64,000 bases of DNA from Thermoplasmatota archaeon (GCA_963818745.1 CAWFTI010000001.1:236452-300451), one strand, 5' to 3'. Counted from the first letter of the stretch, positions 39,456-49,182 are shown. Numbers and translations are program-made. The notes: generated by a model from the sequence alone, not told the origin.

Positions 39456-40442
39456 GTGAAAGTGAGTTCGTTCAGGAAAGTGCTGGCGAAGAGGATATTC
39501 AATGCGTTCGTGACGATTCTGCTCATCATGCTCGTCAACTTCCTCCTCTTCAGGATCATGCCCGGGGACCCGGCGCAGCTTATGACCCCAAGGTCCCCAA
39601 CCACGTCCCCAGTGGCGTACGAGAAGAACGTCGAGATGATGGGGCTCGACCAGCCGCTCTACATCCAGCTGTACAAATACTTCGTCGGGACGTTCACGGG
39701 TGATTGGGGCATATCGTATCTAAACGAGAAACCTGTGCTTGAAGAAGTCGGCGGCGCGATCAAATGGACCGTGCTGCTCCTGGGCACCGCTAGCATACTC
39801 ACCTTCCTCGCCGGCATAATCCTGGGAAAGATTGCCGCCAGACGCAGGGGGAAGCCCGTAGATGTGATGATAACCGGGTTCGGCCTGTTCTTCTACGGCA
39901 TGCCGATATTCTGGTTCGGCATCATCCTGATGGTCATCTTCGCCGCCCAGCTGAACTGGTTCCCGTCATCCGGCTACATGAGCTCGGGGATGGTCCCTGA
40001 GCTGACTGTCGCAGCCGTCTCCGACATCATCTGGCACATGACGCTGCCGGTCATGACCCTGACGATAGGGTCCGTCGCCGGCATAGTGCTCATACAGAGG
40101 AACTCGCTCGTGGATGTGCTCACCGAGGAGTACATAGTCACCGCATATGCGAAAGGCCTGGACGAGCGACAGGTCATGAAGCGCCACGCCACCCCGAACG
40201 CGCGCCTGCCAGTCGTCACCACGCTTGCGATGGACACCGCGTTCATCCTGGGCGGCGCGTTCCAGATCGAGGTTGTCTTCAGCTACCAAGGGCTCGGGTA
40301 CATGACCATCGAGGCCATCGGCAAGCAGGACTATCCGCTGCTGGAGTGCATATTCCTCATAGGCGGGATCGCTGTGGTCATCGCCAATCTCTTGGCCGAC
40401 CTGATGCTGGTCAAGCTCGATCCGAGGGTGTCGATCACATAG
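39456..40442 (+). CDS. ABC transporter permease (OppB/DppB-like)
   Basis: GTG start. N-terminus RIFNAFVTILLIMLVNFLLFRIMPGDP and an EAA-type loop YAKGLDERQVMKRHATPNA. Confidence 0.85.
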   Translation: MKVSSFRKVLAKRIFNAFVTILLIMLVNFLLFRIMPGDPAQLMTPRSPTTSPVAYEKNVEMMGLDQPLYIQLYKYFVGTFTGDWGISYLNEKPVLEEVGGAIKWTVLLLGTASILTFLAGIILGKIAARRRGKPVDVMITGFGLFFYGMPIFWFGIILMVIFAAQLNWFPSSGYMSSGMVPELTVAAVSDIIWHMTLPVMTLTIGSVAGIVLIQRNSLVDVLTEEYIVTAYAKGLDERQVMKRHATPNARLPVVTTLAMDTAFILGGAFQIEVVFSYQGLGYMTIEAIGKQDYPLLECIFLIGGIAVVIANLLADLMLVKLDPRVSIT

Positions 40443-40454
40443 GGGGGATGGGAT

Positions 40455-41393
40455 ATGAAGTTCGAAAAGGCACTCGAAAACGGAGCAAAGAGACTGTTCG
40501 GATTCAACCCCGTCCTCGCAGACAAGATGGGGCTTTCGATGAGGAACTTCGGGAGGACCACGGACCTATTCCTCAAGACATGGATGGGCGTGATCGGCCT
40601 GCTGATCATCGTGTTCTTCCTCGGCGTGGTCGTCTTCGCGCAGATCGTGTACCCTGACCAGCAGGTGAGCAACCTGTCTGAGAGCCTGTGGTTCCCCTCC
40701 GAGGAGCATCCTCTAGGCACGGACAAGCTGGGCAGAGATGTCATGATAAGGTTGCTCCAGGGGACGAAGGCATCGCTCACGGTCGGGTTCGTCGCGATGG
40801 GGTTGTCCATGGGGCTCGGGACCCTCGTCGGGTTGGCCTCGGGCTACTGGGGCGGATGGAGGGACGAGGTCATCATGAGGGTCAACGATGTGTTCCTGTC
40901 CATCCCGTGGCTGGTGCTGATGATAGTCATCGCATCGCATCTTCCGGCACACGGGACCTCGATGTCGGTCATCATCGTCATCGGCGTCACCGGATGGTCC
41001 ACCACCGCGAGGATCGTCAGGTCGCAGGTGCTGTCCCTCAAAGCGAGGCAGTTCGTCGAGAGGGCGAAGGCCATCGGCTCCAGGCGACTGGCACATCATA
41101 AGGAAGCACATCTTCCCCAACGTCGTCCCGCTCATATTCGCGAACGCCATCCTGACCATCGCGATATCCATCCTGTCGGAGAGCACGCTCAGCTTCCTCG
41201 GGCTCGGGCCCGCAGGACGTCGAGACCTGGGGCAGGATCCTGGAGGACGCGTACAACGCGAACGCCGCCATGAACGGGCCCGTACCCGTTCATCATCATG
41301 CCCGGCCTGTGCATCGTGATCGTGGTGCTCGGGTTCACGTTCATCGGGTACGCGATGGACGAGGTCCTGAACCCGAAGCTGAGGAAGAGATAG
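40455..41393 (+). pseudogene. ABC transporter permease (OppC/DppC-like); three +1 frame breaks in the last 320 nt as sequenced
   Basis: Intact to ..FVERAKAIGS. It then continues by successive +1 shifts: DWHIIRKHIFPNVVPLIFANAILTIAISILSESTLSFLGLGP / QDVETWGRILEDAYNANAAMNG / YPFIIMPGLCIVIVVLGFTFIGYAMDEVLNPKLRKR*, ending at TAG 41391. Confidence 0.8.
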
Positions 41394-41447
41394 GCGGGCA
41401 CCAGATGCCCGAAAAACCCCTTATCCATTGTTTCTTATCCACAGCAA

Positions 41448-41458
41448 CCTTAAAATAC
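41448..41458 (+). promoter_or_regulatory. candidate TATA box for rps3ae
   Basis: CCTTAAAATAC lies about 50 nt upstream of ATG 41505. Confidence 0.35.
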
Positions 41459-41504
41459 GGAATGCCGTTATCGAGCCCTACCTAGCACTCATCAGAGGTA
41501 TCAG

Positions 41505-42263
41505 ATGGCACAGAAGGTAAGGGCGACGGCCAAGAAGGTCAAGGACAGGTGGCGGGCGAAGGAATGGTACAAGATATACGCCCCCGACATGTTCAGCAAG
41601 ATGCTGCTCGGCGAGACCCCTTCGGAAACCCCGGAGGGCGTCATGGACAGGATGACCGAGGCCACGGTGCAGGACCTCACCGGAGACTTCTCCAAGATGC
41701 ACATCAAGATCAAGTTCAGGGTCAACAAAGTCGTGGGCCTCGACGCCCACACGACGTTCGACGGGCACGACCTGACCAGCGACTATGTCAGGAGGCTGAC
41801 CCGAAGGAAGAGGACCAAGACCGACGCGGTCGTCGATGTCACGACCAAGGACGGCTGGGAGATCAGGGTGAAGCCCATGGCCGTGTCCGAGCAGAGGATA
41901 CAGGCCTCCCAGGAGACCGAGATCAGGCGCATCATGAAGGAGACGAGCAAGCAGGTCGCGGCCCAGGCCACGATAGGCGAGTTCGTCAGGATGCTCATCA
42001 TGGGGGAGCTCGCGAAGGCCGTCTCTGACGCGTCCAAGAGAGTAGTCCCTATCAAGAGGATCGAGATCCGCAGGAGCGAGGTCAAGATGGCCGGGAAGTT
42101 GCCCGATCCAAGCGAGGCGCCCATAATCGCCCCGCTGGAGAGCGAGCCCCAGCCTGAGGAGGCCGAAGAGGCTGCTCCCGCACCGACGGGCGAAGCGCCC
42201 GCGGAGGCCGCGCCCGCAGCCCCCGCGCCTGTGGCTCCTGCAGAGGACAAGGGCCCTGAGTGA
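41505..42263 (+). CDS. rps3ae: 30S ribosomal protein S3Ae (eS1) with Ala/Pro/Glu-rich C-terminal tail
   Basis: KVKDRWRAKEWYKIYAP.., GDFSKMHIKIKFRV.., SDYVRRLTRRKRTK. About 50 aa of low-complexity tail (EPQPEEAEEAAPAPTGEAPAEAAPAAPAP). Confidence 0.9.
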   Translation: MAQKVRATAKKVKDRWRAKEWYKIYAPDMFSKMLLGETPSETPEGVMDRMTEATVQDLTGDFSKMHIKIKFRVNKVVGLDAHTTFDGHDLTSDYVRRLTRRKRTKTDAVVDVTTKDGWEIRVKPMAVSEQRIQASQETEIRRIMKETSKQVAAQATIGEFVRMLIMGELAKAVSDASKRVVPIKRIEIRRSEVKMAGKLPDPSEAPIIAPLESEPQPEEAEEAAPAPTGEAPAEAAPAAPAPVAPAEDKGPE

Positions 42264-42311
42264 AAGGCACGGACATGCCTGTCCCAAGGCCTGCATCGGT
42301 TCATGCGCAAT

Positions 42312-42419
42312 GTCGGGGTGGCTCAGACTGGTGGAGCGTCGGACTCATAGGGAGTTCTTCTGACCAGATGCTCCTCGGACATCCGGAGGTCGCGGGTTCA
42401 AATCCCGTCCCCGACACCA
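42312..42419 (+). tRNA. tRNA (anticodon CAU: elongator Met or Ile2) with 31-nt intron and encoded CCA
   Basis: Acceptor GTCGGGG/CCCCGAC, D-arm GCTC-AGACTGGTG-GAGC, anticodon CAT at 42346..42348, intron 42350..42380 at position 37/38, T-arm GCGGG-TTCAAAT-CCCGT, A73 then CCA (42417..42419). Confidence 0.85.
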
Positions 42420-42456
42420 TTATCGGCGGAGAACGTATTCTGCGAACGCACCGGAC

Positions 42457-43695
42457 GTGAGGGCCATTAGGATCATCATATACACCGGCAAGGGCGGCGT
42501 AGGAAAGACCTCGGTCGCCGCCGCGACCGCGCTCAGGTGCGCCGAGCTGGGCCACCGGACCATCGTCATAAGCACGGACGCCGCGCACAGCCTGTCCGAC
42601 TCGCTGGAGGTGCCCCTCTCGGGCGTCATCCAGAACGTCTCGAAGAACCTGGACGGGCTCGAGGTCGACATGCAGCTCGAGCTCGAGACCCGCTGGAAGG
42701 AGATCCAATCGTACTTCTCCGACTTCCTCGCGTCGCAGGGCATGGACGGCATCTCGGCGAAGGAGATGGCCGTGTTCCCGGGCATGGAGCTCATGTCCGC
42801 GCTGTTCTATGTCGAGGAGTTCCACAAGGCGAAGACATACGATGTCGTCATCATGGACACCGCCCCGACCGCGGACACGCTCCGGCTGCTCGCCTTCCCC
42901 GACATCGCCAACTGGTACTTCGACCACCTGTTCCACATGGTGAAGAACGTCATCAAGATCGCGAGGGCGACCGTAGGCAAGTTCGTGTCCACCCCCCTGC
43001 CCTCGGACAGGTTCCTGGACGACCTCGAGGGCCTCAGGGAGAGGCTGCGGTACGTCAGGGACCTGCTGACGGACCCGGAGATCACCTCCGTGAGGCTCGT
43101 CGTGAACCCCGAGAAGATGGTGATCACCGAGACGCAGCGCGCGTACACGTACCTGTGCATGTACGGGTACACGGTCGAGAGCCTCGTCCTGAACAGGATC
43201 ATACCCGAGAAGGTCCACGACCCGTTCTTCGCGGAGAAGCTCGAAGAGCAGAGGACGCACCTGCAGACCATAGACGAGATGTTCAACCCCCTGAAGACCT
43301 TCAGGGCGGAGCTGATGCCCCGGGAGGTGCTGGGGACCAAGGCGCTGGAGATGCTCGCCGATCAGCTGTTCGGGAGCGAGGACCCCGCGAAGGTGCACTC
43401 CACGGAATCGCCCATGAGGATATACGGCGAGCAGGGCGCGAGCGTGCTCGCGGTGAAGCTGCCGTTCCCGATGGAGCAGAAACTAGAGCTATATACGCGC
43501 AAGGATGTTCTGACGTTGCAGCTAGGCGCGTTCAAGAGGTCCATCAGCCTCCCGCACGCCCTCACAGGGAAGAAGGTGCTGGGGGCGGAGATGGACGGCG
43601 CGTGGCTGAAGGTCAGGTTCGAGGGTGAGGAGATTGGCAAAGGGAAAGCGGGAAAGGGGCGCGGAAGAGGCAAGGCGCCTCGAAAGGCATCTTGA
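42457..43695 (+). CDS. ArsA/Get3-family ATPase with C-terminal HSP20-like domain
   Basis: GTG start. P-loop GKGGVGKTS, STDAAHSLSD, DTAPTADTLRLL. C-terminal beta-sandwich-like ..LAVKLPFPMEQKLELYTRKDVLTLQLGAFKRSISLP. Confidence 0.85.
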   Translation: MRAIRIIIYTGKGGVGKTSVAAATALRCAELGHRTIVISTDAAHSLSDSLEVPLSGVIQNVSKNLDGLEVDMQLELETRWKEIQSYFSDFLASQGMDGISAKEMAVFPGMELMSALFYVEEFHKAKTYDVVIMDTAPTADTLRLLAFPDIANWYFDHLFHMVKNVIKIARATVGKFVSTPLPSDRFLDDLEGLRERLRYVRDLLTDPEITSVRLVVNPEKMVITETQRAYTYLCMYGYTVESLVLNRIIPEKVHDPFFAEKLEEQRTHLQTIDEMFNPLKTFRAELMPREVLGTKALEMLADQLFGSEDPAKVHSTESPMRIYGEQGASVLAVKLPFPMEQKLELYTRKDVLTLQLGAFKRSISLPHALTGKKVLGAEMDGAWLKVRFEGEEIGKGKAGKGRGRGKAPRKAS

Positions 43696-43729
43696 GGAGA
43701 TAGCGTCGAAGGTCACCGGCAGGGAGACC

Positions 43730-43954
43730 ATGACTCATTTCGTGAACGCGGGCATGGAGGTCATCCAGGCCGCGAACGTCGCGCTCGAGCACATGGACGT
43801 GCCGGACGAGACGAAGCTGAGGATCCACAGGGCCGAGCGCGAGGTCCTGCTCGCGACCAGGAGCTTCATCGACGCGATCCTGCTCGAGGTCGAGAAGGAG
43901 ATCCCGAAGAAGACCGAGCTGAAGAAGGTAGAGATAATCCGAAAGTCGAAGTGA
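43730..43954 (+). CDS. small helical hypothetical protein (74 aa)
   Basis: ATG 43730 lies 35 nt after the ArsA-like stop. Amphipathic, coding-like sequence; no family recognised. Confidence 0.4.
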   Translation: MTHFVNAGMEVIQAANVALEHMDVPDETKLRIHRAEREVLLATRSFIDAILLEVEKEIPKKTELKKVEIIRKSK

Positions 43955-44043
43955 CTGGGCGAGCATATCGCCTAGGCACAGCTTTTTTACACGAAGCACA
44001 TTACCCATCAGAACCCTAGCGGAAACTAGGGAGGTCAGATCAT

Positions 44044-46322
44044 ATGACTAAGATGTTGGTCCCGTACCCTGACAAGTGCACTGGCTGCAGGTTCTGCGAG
44101 ATGGCCTGTTCGATATACCACGAAGGAAAGGTCAACCACGCCGACGCGCGGCTGCAGGTGCACAGGAAGAACATAAGGATAGACTTCCCGTCCGTGTGCA
44201 CGCACTGCGTGTCCTGCGGCGACGACTGCTGCGTCCTCCACTGCCCCGTCGAGGCGATCAAGAAGGAGGACGGACGCGTGTACGTGGACGAGGAGGAGTG
44301 CACCGCGTGCGGGACGTGCGTCGAGGTCTGCCCGTTCGGCGTCATGCGCATGGAGGAGAAGGCCTTCAACTGCGACCTGTGCGGCGGCGACCCCACATGC
44401 GTCAAGTTCTGCCCGATGAGCGCGATAGTGTACGAGGAGCCGAAGCCCGAGCAGTACGAGCAGGTGAAGAAGCTGCTCAGGGGAGGAGTGAAGATGAAGG
44501 GTTACACAGGCAAGATCCTCAAGGTGGACCTGACGACCGGGCACTCGCACGCGAGGACGCTCGACGAGAAGCACGCGAGGAAGTACCTGGGAGGCCAGGG
44601 GTTCGCGGTCGAGATCGTGTACCACGGTGTCCCGAAGGGCGCGGACGCGCTCTCCCCCGAGAACGTCCTGGCGATGGCCGGCGGCGTGTTCGACGGATTC
44701 CCGGTGCGCACGGGCGGCAAGACGGTGTTCGCATCGAAGTCCCCGGCCACGGGCACGCTCGCGGAGAGCATCATGGGCGGCTCGATCGGGGCCGAGCTCA
44801 GGCACGCGGGGTACGACGCGCTGGAGATCGTCGGGAAGGCGGACGGACCATCTTACATATTCATCGAGGACGAGAAGGTCGAGGTCAACGACGCATCCGA
44901 CCTCTGGGGCAAGGACACCAGGGAGGTCCCCGAGATGCTCAAGAAGAAGCACGGCTGGGACGTCAAGGTCGCGTGCATAGGCGTCGCAGGAGAGAAGCTC
45001 TCGAAGATGGCGTGCATAGACTGCGACGACAGGCAGGCCGGCAGGGCGGGCCTGGGCGCGGTCATGGGGTCCAAGAACCTGAAGGCCATCGTGATCAGGG
45101 GCACGAACGACCTCGAGCCCGCGGACCCGGGCAAGCTGCTCGAGATAGCCCTCAGGTACCAGAAGATCTGCGAGGCCGCTCCGTCGTTCATCGAGGACAC
45201 GAAGTACGGCACTGGCGAGTTCCTGGGCTGGGTCAACAAGGAGAAGGGCGTGTTCCCGACGAGGAACTGGCAGGAGAGCGTGTTCAAGGAGAGGGAGCAG
45301 ATCGACCCGTACTACTGGGCGCCGAAGTACGTCACGAAGAACAAGGCGTGCTTCGCCTGCACCAAGCCCTGCGGGAAGCTGTTCGAGGTCAAGGGCGGCA
45401 GGTTCGACGGCACTGCGCTCGACGGGATCGAGTACGAGACGCTCTACTCGCTCGGGGGCGCGTGCGGCAACGCCGACGTCGAGAGCGTCGCGAGGGCGAA
45501 CGAGCTCTGCGACCTCGTGGGCATCGACACCATCTCCGCGGGCGTGACGATAGGGTTCGCGATGGAGCTGTACCAGAGGGGCATCATCACGGAGAAGGAT
45601 GTCGGCTTCAAGCTCACCTGGGAGAACGCCCCGGACGCTGGTCCCGAAGATGTGCGGCATGATGGGCAGGCGGGAAGGGCTTCGGGGACGTGCTCGCGGA
45701 CGGCGTCAAGGTCGCGGCGCAGAGGATCGGCAAGGGGGCCGAGAGGTACGCCGTGCACACCAAGGGCATGGAGCCGCCCGCGTACGATGTCAGGGGCATG
45801 AAGGGCCACGGGCTGGCGTACATGACCTCCACCAGGGGCGCGTGCCACCTGAGGGCCGGGTTCTACGCACCCGAGCTGGTCGGCAAGTTCTGGAAGTGGG
45901 AGGGCATAGACAGGTTCAGCCCCGCGGGCAAGGGGGCCATGGTCGCCACGATGGAGAACTTCATGTGCGTCTACGACTCCGTCGGCCTGTGCAAGTTCTC
46001 GAGAGGGTTCTTCCTGATAGACAAGCTCAGGGAGGTCATCGAGGCCATCACCGGGCTCAAGTTCACCGAGGACGAGCTGCTCAAGATAGGCGAGAGGATA
46101 CACAACATGAAGGGCGACTTCAACGCCAGGGAGGGCGTCACGAGGAAGGACTGGCTCCTGCCTCCGAGGATCACCGAGGACCCGATCGTCGACGGACCCT
46201 CCAAGGGCAGCAGGATAACCGTCGAGGAGATGAACGTGATGCTCGACGACTACATGAAGGCCCGCAACTGGAGCAGCGAAGGGGTCCCGAGCCCGGAGAA
46301 GCTCAAGGAGCTCGACCTCTGA
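44044..46322 (+). CDS. polyferredoxin domain fused in frame to aldehyde:ferredoxin oxidoreductase (AOR family); two +1 frame breaks near 45.64 and 45.68 kb
   Basis: N-terminal ~150 aa carry multiple CxxCxxCxxxCP clusters. The AOR part starts at MKGYTGKILKVDL (ATG 44494, behind GGAGGAGTGA). Frames run 0 -> +1 (..LVPKMCGMMGRREG..) -> +2 (..FGDVLADGVKVAAQRIGKG..), ending at 46322. Confidence 0.85.
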
Positions 46323-46406
46323 GCGGTGTGAAACTCAACGGAAGAGGTCTCACGACCTCTTCAAACCGATTCCCTTTTCCATAATCCAATCTCAGGAGCG
46401 TGCGGG

Positions 46407-46759
46407 CTAGAGCACTCGCATGGTCTCCGCGAGCTCGTCCAGCTTCTTCTTGGCGAGCGCGACGTCCGCTCTGGTCGGCAGGACGGCGACGATGAGCGCC
46501 TTGCGGCCGGCCCCTATCACGATGAGCTTCGCGTCCTCGCTCTCGACGACGACGGTCTGCGGGGTCCCCACGCGCAGCTCGGAGTTGGCCGTGGAGGCCG
46601 CCCCCAGAAGGGTAGCGCACATGATCGCGAACGTCTCGGCCGAGACGCCCTCAGGCACATCGGAGGCGATGATGAGCCCGTCCCTGCTGATGATGGCGGA
46701 CGCGACCGCTCCGCAGCTCTGCCTGAGCGACCTTAAGGCGGGTTTCAGCTCCGTGTCAT
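46407..46759 (-). CDS. Roadblock/LC7 (MglB-like) domain protein; start unresolved, possibly fused to the upstream V4R ORF
   Basis: Roadblock-like ..LKPALRSLRQSCGAVASAIISRDGLIIASDVPEGVSAETFAIMCATLLGAA..AKLIVIGAGRKALIVAV. The frame is open from 46766 but has no in-frame start before GTG at 46667 (the V of DVPEG; the ORF-track ATG is at 46658). ATG 46759 (ATGA overlap) is out of frame. Confidence 0.7.
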
Positions 46760-47223
46760 TCCCCCCCTATCGGTTCAGTCTTGAAAACGCAGTGCTTGTC
46801 CCCTTTGCTGACGCACTCGATCTCCTCGCAGTGGAGCCGCCTGTGCGAGTTGGCCTCGAAGACCTTTCGGACGATGCCCCTGAGCCTGTGACAGGTCGGG
46901 ATGTCCGCCTGGGACGACTCGACCGAGCCTTCGGCCACTGCAGTGGATTCCTCGAAGACGATGTTGTCGACCCAACCTCTGGCCCTGAGGAGGTTGGCGC
47001 AAATCTCGAAGTACTTCTCAGGCTCCTGCAGGGCGATCTTTGAAATCTCCTCGCCCAGTATCATGCCCTCCCTGAAGAACAGGCCGTAGCAGGCCTGGGA
47101 CATGACGCCTTCGTAGAGCTTCCTGATCTCCTCGAACTCGGACTGCGAGAGCTTGACGAACTTCATGGGCTCGCTCTGTGGATTCATATCGAGCATATTT
47201 AAGGTTTGGTTCCCGGCAATCAC
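46756..47223 (-). CDS. V4R domain protein
   Basis: V4R-like ..YGLFFREGMILGEEIS..CHRLRGIVRKVFE..CVSKGDKHCVF. It ends ..PIGGE* right after a G7 run (46761..46767 on the + strand as C7). Confidence 0.7.
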   Translation of the reverse strand: MIAGNQTLNMLDMNPQSEPMKFVKLSQSEFEEIRKLYEGVMSQACYGLFFREGMILGEEISKIALQEPEKYFEICANLLRARGWVDNIVFEESTAVAEGSVESSQADIPTCHRLRGIVRKVFEANSHRRLHCEEIECVSKGDKHCVFKTEPIGGE

Positions 47224-47312
47224 GCCAGTCTGGGGATGCCAAGAACGAGGCCGACCCCCTGGGACGGTTGAAAGCCTTTTAATCGCGGTACCCTATTCCA
47301 GCACCAGATAGG

Positions 47313-47933
47313 ATGTTCTCGGAACAGGAAGGGGAATTGGCTGTCAGGATAGCCAGGGCGGTCGTCGAGGCGCACGTAAGGCGACAGAAGCCGCCGGCTT
47401 CCGAGGTACCGCAGAGGTTCGAAGAGAAATCTGGGGTGTTCGTCACGCTCACCACATACCCTTCGGACGACCTCAGGGGATGCATAGGCTACCCGGAACC
47501 CCTCCTCCCTCTGATCGAGGCCCTGAGGGATTCCGCAGTCAGCGCTTGCTCGAGGGATCCGAGATTCCCCCCGGTGCGCGCTGACGACCTTGGCAAGACC
47601 AGGGTGGAGGTCAGCCTCCTGACCCCGCCTCAGGAGATACAGCCGAAGAAGCGCACGGACCTCCCAGGCATGGTCAAGGTCGGCGACGACGGCCTCATAG
47701 TCCAGAAGGGATGGGCCAGGGGACTCCTGCTCCCTCAGGTGCCGGTCGAATGGAAGTGGGATGCCGAGGAATTCCTGTGCCAGACCTGCATCAAGGCCAT
47801 GCTACCCCCGGACAGCTGGCTCCAGAACGAGACGAAGATCTTCAAGTTCCAGGCAGAGGTGTTCTCGGAGGACAAGCCCGGCGGGAAGATCAGACGAAGG
47901 AAGCTCAGTGAAGACCATGGAAGTTGTCGTTGA
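47313..47933 (+). CDS. AMMECR1 domain protein
   Basis: SGVFVTLTTYPSDDLRGCIGYPEP.., DPRFPPV.., GLLLPQVP are signature AMMECR1 motifs. Confidence 0.85.
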   Translation: MFSEQEGELAVRIARAVVEAHVRRQKPPASEVPQRFEEKSGVFVTLTTYPSDDLRGCIGYPEPLLPLIEALRDSAVSACSRDPRFPPVRADDLGKTRVEVSLLTPPQEIQPKKRTDLPGMVKVGDDGLIVQKGWARGLLLPQVPVEWKWDAEEFLCQTCIKAMLPPDSWLQNETKIFKFQAEVFSEDKPGGKIRRRKLSEDHGSCR

Positions 47934-49182
47934 GGGTAACTGCTTCGTCTCTGGCAGGATCGAGAGATGCTGCGTAGGCATCGAGAACGGAAGGATCGTC
48001 AGGGTAGCGAGAGTCCTCGAAGGGGACCGCAAGTTCGACTTCGGCTCCAAGCTCATCATCCCGGGGGCGACCGACTGCCACGTCCATTTCAGGGACCCCG
48101 GCATGACTCAGAAGGAGGATTTCGCCTCTGGCTCGCTCGCAGCCGTGCACGGCGGCGTCACCTGCGTGTTCGACATGCCGAACACGAAGCCCGCCACGAC
48201 GACGATGGAGGCCCTCGAGGAGAAGAGGGGCATCGCGTCCGCGAAGAGCATGGTGGATTTCGGGCTGTTCGCGGGCATGCTGCCGGGGGTCGATGTCCAG
48301 GCGCTCGCCCCGAAATGCATAGGTTTCAAGATCTACATGGCCGGGACCACTGGCGGCTTGCTCGTTCCATCGCTCGAATCCGTGAAGAAGGAGATCGCAG
48401 CGGTCGCCGCGTCAGGGAAGGTGCTCGCGGTACACGCGGAGGACGAATCGCTCCGGAGGAAGGATCCTGAGAAGGACCTCGGGGACCACCTCAAGAACCG
48501 GGGCAACGAATGCGAGACGAGCGCGATCAGGAAGGTCCGGCAGGCGGCGTCCGCGTGCAAGCTCCATGTGTGCCATGTCTCGGCCAGGGAGTCTCTCCCG
48601 CTCCTTCCGAAGGGTGCGAACCTCACCACCGAGGTGTCCCCTCACCACCTCCTGCTGGACAGGGCCTCGAACCTGGGGACCAGGGGCAAGGTCAACCCGC
48701 CCCTGAGAAGGAGGGAGGACCGGCAGGCCATGTTCCAGGCGCTCAAGAACGGGGAGTTCGACATCGTCGCCTCCGACCATGCGCCCCACACGCTCGAGGA
48801 TAAGGATGAGGACTTCGAGTACGCCCCGACCGGCATGCCAGGCGTGGAGACGATGCTCCCGCTGATGCTGCAGCTCGTCAGGGACAGGCACATCGCCTTG
48901 GAAGACCTCGTGAAGCGGCTCTGCGAGAGGCCGGGCCAGATATTCGGGGTCCCGAAAGGGAGGATCGAGCCTGGGTACGACGCCGACCTCGTCGTGATAG
49001 ACCCGATGGAAGGGAGCGAGATAAGGGCGGACAGGCTGCACTCGAGATGCGGCTGGACGGCCTTCGAGGGGATGCAGGCGGTTTTCCCGAAGGCGGTCTT
49101 CCTCCGGGGCGAGATAGTCGTCGAGAACGGCTCGGTCGCAGGGGACCGGAGGGGAAGGGGAGTCATTGATGCGTCCAGATGA
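47917..49182 (+). CDS. pyrC: dihydroorotase (cyclic amidohydrolase family)
   Basis: ATG 47917 overlaps the end of the AMMECR1 gene. DCHVHFRDPG, VHAED, ASDHAPH metal-binding motifs. Confidence 0.8.
   Translation: MEVVVEGNCFVSGRIERCCVGIENGRIVRVARVLEGDRKFDFGSKLIIPGATDCHVHFRDPGMTQKEDFASGSLAAVHGGVTCVFDMPNTKPATTTMEALEEKRGIASAKSMVDFGLFAGMLPGVDVQALAPKCIGFKIYMAGTTGGLLVPSLESVKKEIAAVAASGKVLAVHAEDESLRRKDPEKDLGDHLKNRGNECETSAIRKVRQAASACKLHVCHVSARESLPLLPKGANLTTEVSPHHLLLDRASNLGTRGKVNPPLRRREDRQAMFQALKNGEFDIVASDHAPHTLEDKDEDFEYAPTGMPGVETMLPLMLQLVRDRHIALEDLVKRLCERPGQIFGVPKGRIEPGYDADLVVIDPMEGSEIRADRLHSRCGWTAFEGMQAVFPKAVFLRGEIVVENGSVAGDRRGRGVIDASR

Noticed and set aside
35484-41393. Programmed +1 ribosomal frameshifting as an explanation for the serial +1 breaks in the opp-like genes and elsewhere.
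   Set aside because: The break sites share no slippery heptamer or stimulatory structure. They occur in unrelated genes on both strands, sometimes several per gene. An artefactual or mutational single-base insertion is far more parsimonious.
42100-42263. The Ala/Pro/Glu-rich tail of S3Ae as a possible frameshift product or separate ORF.
   Set aside because: It is in the same frame as the conserved core, ends at a normal stop, and has codon usage similar to the rest of the gene. It is treated as a native low-complexity extension of minor interest.
42312-42419. The CAU-anticodon tRNA as initiator tRNA-Met.
   Set aside because: It lacks the archaeal initiator hallmarks (A1:U72 and three consecutive G:C pairs at the base of the anticodon stem). 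It has G1:C72 and stem UCGGA/UCCGG.
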